From: Prasinococcaceae sp. CCMP 1430
Lineage: Eukaryota; Plantae; Prasinodermophyta
DNA: 64,000 bases
Assembly: GCA_013416795.1 (NCBI GenBank)
Contig: RQSC01000806.1
Span: forward strand, 62,001 to 126,000
Direction of reading: 5' to 3'
Below, piece after piece: positions 1-11,832 of the stretch (positions are counted from its first letter, which is position 1; the number at the start of each line of letters is the position of its first letter). The position numbers were made by a program, and so were the translations under genes. Below the pieces are notes generated by a model that had not been told where the DNA came from, searched no databases, and was given only the letters and a program-made list of their open reading frames with translations.

Positions 1-1163
1 CGATGACGATGAGGACGATGAGGGCGATGAGGACGGCAGCTTGGCGCCAGCTGCCACGGCGCGCGGTGCGGCGGCGGGTTGGAGGCGCGCTGACGAGCCA
101 GCGCTCGCTGAGGTGGATGTGGGGTACCTTGCCGCTATCACGCCAGCTCTGACGTCTGACGGCGTGGCGGCGCTCGACCGCGCCAACGTAGCCGTGAGAA
201 GGCGATTGGAGGAGAAGGCCGGCACGACCGACGGTGCGCGGCTGCGCGAGCCTTTGGAGGGCGCGCCGGTGCGCTCCGCTATCCCCCGCATACGCGCGCT
301 GCTACGTGCGGTTGCGCTGCGTGTGCTGACGCTCCCGGCCGCCGCTATGCGCCATGCGTGTCTCATCCCGTGCATCCCTATCACAGCGATGGACTCGGTC
401 GAGTGCGCGCATGCGCTCGTTGGCGCGCGAGCGACGCTGGTTGCCGCCCTCGGCTCGGGCCTGCGCAACGATTGCAGCGACGCCTCGCTCGCAATGCGAC
501 AGCGCTTCCGCCAGGCGGAGCAGGCGCTCGAGAGGCAAGCTGCTTCCATGCTCGCTGATGCGCTCGACAACGCGCGCCTCGAAGGTGCGATCGCCGTGGC
601 AGTCACGCCCTCGTGGCGCAGGTGGCTATGAACGCGGGCTCGCTCACAAACGTGCTCGTGTGTACGTGCTGACTCGCGCCGCGCGCGCCGTCATAGGCGC
701 CGGGGCCGACGCGCTGAGCGCGTACAAGACGCTTCGTGGCAACGAGGGCGCGGCTGTGGTGAGCGCCGCGCGGCTGTGCGCTCGCTCTCTTGCTCTCTGC
801 GAGTGGCAAGAGGCGCAGTGCGCGCGCGCCGAGGCCGCCCTCGACGCGACGGACCCGCGCGTGGCAGCCAGCCGCGCCGGAGTCGCGCCGGACGATCTCA
901 GCCAGGCGGCGGCCTCCGCCGCCGCGACGGCCGCCATGGAGTCTGCTGCTGCGGCTGCGAGTGCACTGCACGCCGCCGGCGACACGTGGCACTCAGGCGC
1001 GGGCGGGGCGCTCATCGCTGAGGCGCTCGGCGTGCTCAGCGCGGAGCTCGCGCTGGACGACGAGGTGGCAACCAGCGCGGAGGCGAACCTCTTTGCGGGG
1101 GGGGCGCACGGGCAGGCGATGCGCGCGGCGGAGGCGCTGCGCTCGCTCGCGCCGCAGGCCTGA
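1..1163 (+). CDS. 3' part of an uncharacterised Ala-rich protein; inferred exons <1..584, 697..1163
   Basis: An acidic open frame from the window start joins the 354..1163 frame via GAAG|GTGCGA (585) and CATAG (696) with compatible phase 1; no recognisable domain. Confidence 0.45.
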
Positions 1164-1602
1164 TGTGCGCCGGCGCCCAGCTGCTCACAAGGCCGCGGCG
1201 AGGGCGCACAATGTGCCAGCTCGCGCATTTAATGTCGCCCGTGGTTAATTTAAACACATAATGACGTCGTGTACGCTCACGTCGCTGCGCACTCGCAACC
1301 AGCACACACGTCGGCAGCCAATAAAACATGCAGCAAGACCAAATCCGACCTTTTCCTTTATCTGCTTTTCTTCCTATAAATGGCGTCTTGAACTCGAACT
1401 GATTTTTTTTTTAAATTTTGAAGTGCTTGGCGTTTTCACCTATTCGTGGTTTTCTTTTGCAATTTTTCGTTTTCTTTTTCTTTTTCTTTTTCTTTGCGGC
1501 GGCGGGGGCGCGCGCGCTTCCGCGCGGCTGTTGGGCGCGAGCCCGGCCGGCAGCCGCGGGACGCGCCGCGCGGCGCGCGCGGCGCGGCGCGGACGCGCCG
1601 CC

Positions 1603-3552
1603 ATGGGGCTCGTGAGGGCAGCGCGCGAGTTCGTGCGGCGGATGATCTCCGACGCCGAGGGGATGAAGGTGCTGCTCGTCGACAAGAGCACAGTGATGAC
1701 GGTCTCCGCGGCGTACTCGCAGTCGGAGATCCTGCAGCAGGAGGTCTTCCTCGTGGAGCAGCTGGGCGACGGCTCCGAAGAGGAGATGCGCCACATGAAG
1801 GTGCGCGCTGCGCCCGCTGTGTGCGCCGGCCGCCGCTATGCGGGAGGACGCGAGCAGCGTGGCCCGCACGCTCGAGCCTTCCTGCGCTGCGCCAAGCTGG
1901 GGCTGCCACATTTGGGATTGCGCCTCGCCCGTCTGTGGGGTGTGCGGGGCCGAGCCGAGGCGTGCCGCCCCGCGGCGTGGGGGCCGCGCGTGCGCCATCG
2001 TGCGCCTGCCGCTGACTCGTGAGTACAGGCGGTCGTGTTTGTGAGGCCGAGCCGCCAGTCGATCAACCTGCTTAAGGCAGCGCTGCGCAATCCGCGCTTC
2101 GGGGAGTACACGCTGTACTTCTCGAACGTTGTCAACGAGAGCGATCTGCAGGAGCTCGCGGACGCCGACGAGGGCGAGCTGGTGACTGGTGTTCACGAGT
2201 ATTTCGCGGATTTCAGCCCACTGGACGAGCTGCACTTCGCGGTGACGACGTCGTCGCTCAGCGGCGGCGGCACGGCCGCCCTGCTCGCGCCGTCGCAATG
2301 GGACCCAAACGCATCACAGCTGTGCGTCGAGCGCGCCACCTCGGGGCTGTGCGCGGCGCTGCTCGCGCTGAAGCGCCGCCCGATCGTGCGCTACGCTAGC
2401 CAGTCAGAGACCGCGCGGAGGGTGGCCTCGGGTGTCGCGCGGGCGATCGAATCCGACCCTGTGCTCTACGACTTCCGTGCCCCAGCGGGCTCGGGCGCGC
2501 CGGTGCTGCTCGTGCTCGATCGGCGCGACGACCCAGTCACGCCGCTGCTCTCGCAGTGGACCTACCAGGCGATGCTGCACGAGGTCATTGGCATGGAAAA
2601 CAACACGCTCGACCTGAAGAAGGTAGGCGCGAGTGGGCCCAAGGAGCTCGGCGCACAACTCTTGGTGGCAGCCTCCTCGGATGACTTCTTTCGCTCCAAT
2701 ATGTATGAGAACTACGGTGACCTCGGCGCCAACGTTAAGACGCTCGTCGACGAGTTCCAGTCCAAGACAAAGAGCAACCAGAACATCTCGAGTATCGAGG
2801 ACATGCAGCGCTTCGTGGACTCGTACCCTGAGTTTCGCAAGCTGAGCGGCAATGTGAGCAAGCACGTGGCCCTCATGAGCGAGCTCAGCCGCCTGATTGA
2901 CGAGCGACATCTCATGGCCGTGTCGCAGCAGGAGCAGGAACTGGCGTGCAGCGATGGCCAGTCCGCAGCATACGAGGGCGTGCTCAGCCTGCTGTCCACC
3001 CACAACTTGCGCGAGCAGGAGAAGCTGCGATTGGTGATGTTGTTCGGCCTCCGCTACGAGCGCTCGGGCAGTGCGCAGCTCCGGTCGCTGCTCGAAAGGC
3101 TGGAGGAGACGGGCGTGCCGCGGCGGCGGTGCGGTCTTGTCCGCACGCTCGTGCAGATTGCCGGCGCCGCACAGCGCACGGGCGACCTGTATGGCGATAA
3201 GTCGTTCTTCGGCCGCGCGGCGGGCAGCGTGGCGCGCGGCCTGCGCGGCGTCGACAACGTGTACACCCAGCATGTGCCTGCACTGGCGGGCCACGTGGAT
3301 GGCGCGCGCAAAGGCAAGCTCAAGGAGACAGAATTCCCGTTCGCGGGTGCAGCGCCGCCTGCAGGTGCCACTGAGCGGCCCTCCGAGGTGATTGTCTTCA
3401 TCGTTGGCGGATCCACGTACGAAGAGGCACGCTGGGTAGCCACCAATCAGCAGGGGGGAAGGTGCGTGCTCGGAGGCACCGGCGTGCTCAACTCGCAGGA
3501 CTTCCTTGCCGCCCTCGACGAGGTGTCGGCATCGGAGCAGTGCTACAACTAG
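1603..3552 (+). CDS. VPS45: Sec1/Munc18 family vacuolar protein sorting protein 45; exons 1603..1800, 2029..3552
   Basis: MKVLLVDK..YSQSEILQQEVFLVE; the spliced junction gives HMK|AVVFVRP; LLVLDRRDDPVTPLLSQWTYQAMLHE, NVSKHV, VIVFIVGGSTYEE. AAG|GTGCGC donor, CTGAC branch point, CAG acceptor. Confidence 0.93.
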
Positions 3553-3730
3553 AAGGCTTTGTCCATCTATTTCCCTCCGCAGGCGAGCTTGCGCCGCGAC
3601 ACGCGCCCGGCGGCGTGGCAGCGCTACCGTAAGGTCCAGTGCATGTATGATACACACGCAGCACGCGTTGTGCGCCCGCTCGATGTGGGCGCTCATTACA
3701 ATCGGGGACAAAAGAGCGCATCGAGGCCAT

Positions 3731-5440
3731 TCACTTCTTCTTCGCGCGCGGCTTGGGTGGGGCCCTGGCAATCTTCTTGACTTTCTCAGCCGTGAACGTG
3801 TGCTCAGCGGCCCTCTCTCGCTTGCGTGCCTCATGTTCGCGCCTCCGGAAGTCCTTGGCATTGGGAGCCTCCTTATAATACTCTTTTGTGCGCGCGATTG
3901 AGCGAAGTGTGTCAGCATCAGGCCACCAGGCGCACGACAATCGCTTCGATCGATAGGACACATGAGCACTCGGGGTCTGACACACCTTCAAACTCCTCAT
4001 CGAAGGCCACCAGCCGCGGTTTGACGGGGTGCAGCTTGTGGTCCAGAGAGCGGGCAGGTGTCAGCGCAAGAGAGTCGCGATCAGAAAGGTTGCGATCGGC
4101 GTCTGTTGCGAGCGCGAGCGCATGCGTGCGGGACGAGTCCACACCTTCTTGAAGCGCTTGAAGTTCGGCTCAGCATCGCCAGTGTTGTTGTCTGGAGTCG
4201 GCTGTGCTTTGGGAAGTCGCGTCAGGTCAACCATCTCTACATACTCGATTGTCGCACAGCCCTCCGCAGCAGCCACGTCTGCGCTGTGGGGCGATTTGCG
4301 TTCGTCAGCCGCGTCTACCCCGGCTTCGAGCTTGAGCTCTGGCGCTGGTACGGCGCCGCCTTTGTCACCATGGGCGTCCACGGGCGCCCCTGATTGCGGA
4401 GCGTCATCGGCAGCTCCGTTTGCGTCCAGCATTGCCTCCTCAGGCACCTGCGTCTCATCTTCAGTAATGTCCTCATCCGTTGCGCCTTCTGTCCGCACCT
4501 CAATGTGCTGCATCGCCTCCGCCGGGCTGCTCGTGCCAGAGGCCACCGCGACGATGGCATCACACAGTCGACCTGGCGACGTGCGCCGCCTTCCGGGCAC
4601 GCAGTCACAGTAGCTCTCCTCGTCGACGTGCATGACACCGGAGTCCACTGCCGCCTCCACGATGACACCTCCGGCTGCCTCAATCAGCGCGATGACATCT
4701 GCTCGGTCACCCAAGCCATGTCCAACGAAGAATCGCTCATTGCGCAGGAGCGTCGCAGCCTGTGCTCTGCCTTCCGCGTTCGCCCCGCCCGCCGCTGGGT
4801 CGAGTGAGTGCTCTGCTGCGGGCGGCAGCGGCCAGTTTGCCGGCCCCGCCGATCGCGCATCAGCAAGCGCTTGCAGCCATGCCGGTCGCACGAGCGTGGC
4901 GCCTGTCACAGCGCTCAGAGCTCGAGCGGCGACGCCAGGTTTCTTTCCGCTGCACACCAAGTGCGTCACTCCGTGCGTCCATTGCTGCTGAAGACTCACG
5001 CCACCTGCCCTTGCGCTCTGTTGCACAGCCGCAGCTGCGGAGGCATCAAATTCGCCTGAGCACGCTGCGCATGGCACAGGCTCGCGCAGGACCTCGTACG
5101 CAGTCGCATTGACCCCGAGCCGAATGACGTCTTTGTCTTGGAGCTCCGAGACGCCCCCCTTTGCCAGCTTGTCCCATGCGGAGTTGACGCGATTTTGGAT
5201 CCATGTGCCATACTTCGAGCCGAGGTCGGTTATGGTCAGGCCGGGCGCTTCGTCCACGCCACCAGCGGGGCGCGCCGAGAACTGCGCGTGCCGGCGCGAG
5301 AGACTCTTGTCCTCGATGAATATGTCCACGTCGTCGCGTCGCTTTCCGCCCTTGGAGGTGTCGGGCTCGCGCCCGACGACGACGTCGCCGCGCTCGCGGT
5401 GGCCCGCGCCGCCAAGGCCGCCGCCGCCGCCGTCCGACTC
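3731..5440 (-). CDS. NBS1: Nibrin/NBS1 (FHA + BRCT, Mre11-binding motif); inferred exons ~5440..4145, 4034..3986, 3882..3731; start codon not located
   Basis: FHA motifs VVGR..SLSRRHA..DLGSKYGTW; BRCT-like THLV..LVRPAWL; NFKRFKK motif; in-phase spliced C-terminal exons end ..RERAAEHTF..KKK*. Confidence 0.85.
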
Positions 5441-5559
5441 CTGAAGCGCGCAGCGCGCGCCGTGTGGCGCCGGGGGCGCTCCGCCGCCGCGCGGCCTCTG
5501 CGCGTCTGAGGGCCGCCTCCGCCACCCGCACGCGCGAAAACGGCCGAGAATGCGCCTCT

Positions 5560-5717
5560 ATCAAAACGCATTCAAGATTCGATAGCGCTCGCATTCCTTC
5601 GCAGCGCGATAAATCCCCATCAAAGCGCATTCAAAATACGACGGCGCTCGCATCTCTTTTCTGGGCAGCTCGATAAATCCCCATCAAAGAGCATGCCAAA
5701 TTCGAAGAGCCGCTCGC
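5560..5717. repeat. Degenerate ~60-bp triple tandem repeat in the NBS1/AAA-ATPase divergent promoter
   Basis: ATCAAA at 5560, 5619 and 5683, each followed by GCAT..CAA..T.CGA..GCGCTCGC-like sequence; GATAAATCCCCATCAAAG occurs twice exactly. Confidence 0.8.
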
Positions 5718-5918
5718 GGTGCTGCCTTCGCCGTCAGTCGAGACAGCGCGCGAACGCGCGCCACAGCAGCGCGCGGCGGCGGGCGCAGAGCCCCCCCGTC
5801 GCCACCGCCGTCACCACACACGCCGGCCCGTCTGCGTTCGGCGCACCTGGCGTGTGGGGATCCTTCCTCGCAGGGGAGTCCGATTGCGTGCGGGCTGCGG
5901 GGGCACGCGGCGGTGCGA

Positions 5919-8900
5919 ATGGACGCGCCAGGCGGCGCGCGCAAGCGGTCGTTCGTCGTTCCGAGCCGGGGTGGACAGGACGAGGGGGCGCGGGAGGGCA
6001 GGACACAGCGCCAGGGGCATGGAACATCAGAACTGTTTCAGCGTCTCTGCCGCAACTCTGGCAGCAATGCCGCTGCAGCATCATCTGACCGTGCTGACTC
6101 GGTCACGCGCTCGAGAAGCGCCAAGGTCGGCGAGCCCGACAGGATGCAGCTGAGCACCGAGCCCGCGGATGGCATGACAGTGCCGGTGAAAATGGATGAA
6201 AAGCGAGCCTGCCCCCCTGCACAGCGTGAGTGCACTTCGCAGGAGCATCATCCAGCAGCGGTGACAGCGGGAGTGGGGGAGAATCAGCTGCCAGTGTCGA
6301 ATGACATGTTTTACGCCCTGCTCGAGGAGGCAGGTAATAGGCACGCCGATGGCCACCCCTGCGCTGACGACGACGACACCCCTATGGACGAGGACGAGGA
6401 CGGAGATCGTGCCAGCGCTGACCTTGACCGTACAAACGCAGACCGCATCGCAGCAGCAGAGATTGCTGCCGCCCCTCCCGCGTCGTGCACGGCCCAGCTT
6501 CATTGCGACGAGCAAAGGACGGGCTCTTGTCAGCCAGCACCCACAGAGGCAAAAAGAATGCAAAGTATTGACTGCGTTAGCCCACAGCCAGCGCAAAGCG
6601 ACTCGTCGCAACGCGTATTGTCTGAGTCACGACGCTCGCCTGCCGAGGACACAGGCGTCAACACGCACATCGCGGTCGCAGAGCTCACCGCAGAGCCGTC
6701 GAGCGCCTGCGCAACACTGGGTCCAGACACAGCGCGGATCGTGCCAGCATTGAAGGATCAAGACGGCGAATTCCCTCGACCCATTGATCGGCTGGTTGCA
6801 GCGTGCAGGGAGACGAAAGAGGAGATGGATCATGGCGCTGACGATATGGCAGAGGATGACGCAGTCATCGCGGGCCTCGACTCAAACGCACGAGCAGGCG
6901 CTGCAACCGGCGAGAGCGACAAGCAAACATCGCCAGGCGAGACTACGGACTCAGCGAAGGAAGAGCACGCACATCCACGCGTACATTCTCAGGCAGTATC
7001 TACGCATGAACCTCCAACTGGTGGCTGCACCACGGCAGCGCCGGAGCAGGAGCCTCGCGGTGTCCTCAAAAAGACCCGTGGGTCGGAGGCGCCGGCACCT
7101 GTGGAGCAAATCGTGCCGCTGCTTCCTCCTCTTGCGGCGGGCGCTCCTTCCTTGACCAAGGATGCGCAGGCACAAGCAGTGCATTTCCCAGGAGCGGCGG
7201 TGGGCTCTGGCACATCTCTGCCGCCTCTTCAGCACGGGGCACTTGCTCCCCCCACAACCGATGGAAGCGCTCCCCTCGCGCCCTCGCTCTGCCTATTCAG
7301 GATGCTCAGTGCAGCACGGGACACTCGCGACGCCGCAGCCAGAGCGGCTCGCGCAGAAGATCGGGACGACCTCGCGGAAGCTCTTGCGGCGTATGGACAG
7401 GCAAGCGAGGCGGCGGGCACGTACATGCACTACCACCAAGAACTGATCACCCAGGCAACGACGCCAGGCGCGATGGATCCCAACGATTGTGGTGGCGTCA
7501 AGTCCGTGGACACGCCCCTGGCTGACGCGAGCAAGCAGTTCTCCCTCCTTACATCGGTAGTGTTGAGCTCTCGGCAAGTGTTCGGTGAGCGCGCGGAAGT
7601 CATTCGCCATCTTGCTGCTGAGTACGCATATGATGTAGTGCCGCAGCCGCAGGTAGTGACGATGCAGGCAATCGGCAGAGGTGAAAGCTGTGACGGGAAT
7701 GACAGGTCTTCTCCAGGCATTAACCAAACTACCTTGGCCTGGAAGGACGCAAACGGCAGCGAGCTTGACGGTGGTCCCATCATGGTGCCCGTGACTCGCC
7801 CGCACGGGGGTTACGCTTTCTACCAACCCAATGCCGCTATTTCCAATGGAGGGTACGACCCTGACTACGACAGCCAGTACGCCGATGTAGCTCAACAGTC
7901 ACTTCACGAGCCGGTTGTGACCTTTGAGGACATCTCTGGGCTCGACGAGCTCAAGACTGAGCTCTACGAGAGCGTCGTCCTGCCCGGTGTGTGGCCCGAG
8001 GCATACGCGGCTCCGTTGCGCGCAGCGAGTGTCGCTGTGCTCCTTCATGGCCCACCCGGAACGGGCAAATCAATGCTGGCCGAAGCAGCCGCCAACGAGG
8101 GTGGTCTGCGCATGCTCCTCGTCAAACCGAGTGTGGTCCTTTCCAAGTACTTCGGCGATAGCGAGAAGGGTACGCTGTGCGCATGAGCGCGCGCTAAATG
8201 TGCATAGTCACTAGTGACTATACACGGTCTGGCACCTTTGCGAGCTCTGACCATTGTTGACATGCGATCTCGATCACCTGAATCCGGGGTGAAGTGATCC
8301 GCTCAATATTCTGCCTGGCCCGCTCCCTCGCGCCTGCCTGCGTGTTCTTCGACGAGATCGACGCTATTGCCACTTCGCGCGGTGCAGATGGCAACAGTGA
8401 CGACACTGCATCGCGCCGACTCTTGTGCGAGCTGCTGCTGCAGCTCAACGACCTGCGATCGGAGAGATCGAGCCACACCGCGAGTCGTAGCGCGGGAGCG
8501 AGAGACAGCAAACCGCCGCACGTCGTCGTGCTTGCTGCCACCAACGACATCAGATCGCTTGACGAGGCCTTTTTGCGGCGCTTCGATAAGCGCCTCGCCG
8601 TCCCAATACCCGGCGAAGACGCCCGCTGCGATCTCATCACGCACATGCTCTCAACTGGGGGCGTTGAATACGAACTCACCGCCGCAGACATTGCTGCAAT
8701 TGCCTGCGAAACGAACGGGTATTCGGGGAGCGACTTGCGCTGCCTGTGCCGCCACGCAGCCATGGCGCCCGTGAGAGAGGCCGTCGAGCAGTGCGGGATG
8801 CACCTATTCGAGCACGGCCTCGACGATAGCGACCGCTGCAGCAGAACGCCCTCCCTTCGGCCTTTGCTGCTTTCCGACTTCATGGCTGCTCGCAACGCGG

Positions 8901-8983
8901 TGCCGGCGAGCACCGCCAAGGCGCCTGGCAAGGCATCTACCACGCAGGGCCTGACCCTGCCCAGCAATAGCATGGAGATATGA
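5919..8983 (+). CDS. Meiotic-clade AAA ATPase (VPS4/katanin/spastin-like) with MIT-like helical segment and long disordered N-terminus; exons 5919..8169, 8295..8983
   Basis: VTFEDISGLDELK, Walker A LLHGPPGTGKS, SKYFGDSEK|VIRSIF across the intron, Walker B VFFDEID, VVLAATN..LDEAFLRRFDKR, GYSGSDL. Confidence 0.88.
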
Positions 8984-9379
8984 CGACCTTGGACCGCCAT
9001 TGCGTGCAAAAGACTACCCACCTGACTCTGCTACATACCAGACGGCATGATTGCACTACCCGCAGCATCTGCTCATTTCTATTGACTTTCTTCGTTTGTA
9101 GAGTGACCTTCGTGTTCTGGACCGCCCTTCTGCAACGTTTTGGTCTGCGCGAAAAGTGCGCTCAGTGCGAGGCAATGCAATGCGCGCGTCCGGCGCACGG
9201 CGACACACAGGCGCCACACCGCGCGCCCCGCCCACGCCTCCATCCCGCGCCGCGCCCGTCGCTCGCTCGGGCCGTGCGCGCCCTCTTCTTACCGCACCTC
9301 CCCTCCTACAGGCGCCGGCGCGCGCGCGTGCGTTGCGCGCGCGCCGGCGCGAGGCGCGTCTCTCTCGTCCGAGGCGTGG

Positions 9380-10709
9380 ATGCCAGCTGCTGCGCCCGGA
9401 GCGATGCCGCCCACGGCGCTGCCGGCGCCGCGCGCCCTGAGCGTGGCCGAGGCGGAAGCGCTGGCCACCCGTGCGATGGTCGCGGCAGGTGCGCCACCGT
9501 TCGTCGCCGCACCTCTTGCGGCATCCCTCGCCGCCGCCGAGCGCGACGGCTGCCACTCGCATGGTCTGCACCGCCTGCCGCAGATCACCGCGATCATGCG
9601 ACGCGGGCGCGTTGCGCTGCACGCGAGGCCCGTCGTCACCACACCGCGCTCAGGCGTCGTGTGCGTTGATGCGGGCGGTAATCTGCTTGCGCCCGCGCTC
9701 GACGCCGCGTTTCCTGCGGTAGCGGCCGCCGCGCGCGCCAATGGTGTGGCTGTGGCGTCCGTTGCTGGGTGGCGTGGTATCGGCGGCACACTGTGGCAGC
9801 CGGCGGAGCGCCTCGCGGTGAACGAGGGCCTGGTGTGCTTGCTCGCAGCCAACACGCCGCCGTACGTCGCGCCGCACGGCGGCAGAGAACGGCTGCTAGG
9901 TACCAACCCGTTCGCGTTCGGCTGCCCAGGCGCGCCGTGTGATGATGGCGCCGAGGCCGAGCCGCAGCCGGCCTTCGTCTTCGACTTTGCGACGGCGGCA
10001 TGCGCCCGTGGTGAGATTGAGGTGCGACGGAGAGCCGGCACGCCACTGGATTCTGGATGGGCGGTCGACTCATCCGGCGCGCCTACGCGCGCCCCCGCCG
10101 CGGCACTGGACGGAGCGCAGCTACCGTTCGGGGGACACAAGGGATCAGCAGTGTGCGCCATGATAGAGCTCCTCGGAGGCGCGCTGCTTGGTACCGACCT
10201 CGCCATCGACTGCCAGCCAGGCGACGCGCTTGAGGACATGCGGCGGGGCCTCACCATCATTGCAATCGACCCAGCGGCCACCACCGATTGCGGGAGGTGA
10301 GTGCATCAGTCGCGCGCGCAGGTGTGCCCCAACGATCCCACGGAGTCGCGGCAATGCTGCGCGCACACACGTGCAGGCCTCGATGTGCGTCTGTAACGGC
10401 GCCGCGAATGCTGACGCGCGCGCGACGAACGCACGCGTGCGCATCCACGTCCACATTGACTCGGCACGCGCGCGCACGCGCGCGCGCCCGCACACACGCA
10501 CACACAGTGCTTCCTTTCGGCAACGAGCTTCAACGTTTGCCGATGCGCTGCGCGCTGACCTGGCGAGCTGCGGCGGTCGGCTCCCGGGCGACCGCCGCCG
10601 GCAGCACCGGCGCGAGGTCGACGCCGGGGAGCGGCGCATCGAGATAAGCGCCAAGCTCATGGCCGAAATAGAGGAGCAGATGGAGGAGAATGCTGCATCC
10701 ACACATTGA
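9380..10709 (+). CDS. Malate/L-lactate dehydrogenase type-2 (Ldh_2) family NAD(P)H oxidoreductase, DpkA/ComC-like; exons 9380..10296, 10508..10709
   Basis: AERDGCHSHGLHRLP, LGTNPFAFGCP, FDFATAACARGEIE, LPFGGHKGS; the second exon supplies the typical RLPGDRR C-terminus in phase. Confidence 0.85.
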
Positions 10710-10744
10710 CAAGAATGCGCCCCCGGCGGGGATTTTGTCTACCC

Positions 10745-11461
10745 TCACATGAGCACGCACTGCGAGCTACCACTGTCGTCAGAGCTGGCCTTGCCCTTGC
10801 CCTTGCGCTTCTTCTTGGTTGGCTCCTCCACCCAGCCACTCTCGAGCTATCCACGCGGAGGCCAAGAGGAATCGCGCGCGCGCGCCATGCACACATGTGC
10901 GCGGGCGCATACCCGCGTGTCAGCTCGCGCACGGGTGCACGCGAGCCAACCAATCGAACGCATCCGCGCGGCCTCGCAAGAGCGTGCGCCCAGGCGGCGC
11001 ATGCGCAGCGGCACGCACGTATTTGCCCTCAGGCTGAATGTAGGCCTTCCTCTTGCTGGCAAATCCCGCGGCACCGCCCGAGGAGGACTTCATGCCCTTG
11101 GCCTTGTTCGACTGGGCGAGCTCGGCCAGCGTGCGCGGCTTGCCAGAGTTGCTGGCACCGCCCTGCGGCTGGACGCGGCGGAGCGCGACGGGGTACCCAC
11201 CGCACCGGGTGCAAAGCGCGTCAGTCAGCGGCTGCACACGGGACAAGGAGGGTGGAGCGTCGCAGGCGCCACATTCAGGCAGGACCATCCAAGCACGCGC
11301 ACGCGAGAGTGTGCGCGAGCGCGCCAGCCCTTGAGCCCGTGACCGCGCCCCGCGCCCGCCCCGCGCGCCGCTTCCGCCCGCCCCGAGCGCGCGCGCGAGA
11401 GAGAGAGCCGCGCCCGCCCGCCCCCGCCGCGCACCTTCTTGAAGCCGTCGAACAGCCCCAT
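10745..11461 (-). CDS. Small uncharacterised protein with polybasic stretch and C-terminal CaaX (CVLM); inferred exons 11461..11435, 11231..11019, 10846..10745
   Basis: Three phase-0 exons with canonical sites give MGLFDGFKK|PLTDALCTRCGGYP..QPEGKY|LESGWVEEPTKKKRKGKGK..SSQCVLM*; the N-terminus may extend upstream. Confidence 0.6.
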
Positions 11462-11832
11462 CGACGTCACGGCGCGCATCGCGGACGCGGGCATCGCCGC
11501 CGCAGGAAGGGCCACGAGCGCGCGTGCCGGGGGGGGGGAGGAGGCGGGTGGCTCCTGTGGCGCGCCTCGCTGCGCAGCGCCAGCACGAGCGGATAAGGGT
11601 TTAGATGGCGTGCGACGATACATTTCGCGGAATTTTCGAACGCGAAACTTACATCCGCAAAGTAACCGAAATTCTGTCGGTGCGAGCTCCGTCGCGCGCG
11701 GGGCGCGCCCGGCTTGAGCGAGCGCGCACGCGGACGCGCGGGCGTCGAGCGTGCATGCGCGCGCCCGCGCGGCAGGCACGCGGCGGCAATTTACGTGGGC
11801 CAGCCGGCATGGCGCGGGGCGCGCGCGCGCCA

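Noticed and set aside
2404-3969. Long antisense ORFs (e.g. 2404..3969, 37621..38826, 37763..39454, 41731..43062, 55662..57248)
   Set aside because: These are shadow ORFs opposite well-supported genes; stop codons are scarce at this GC content.
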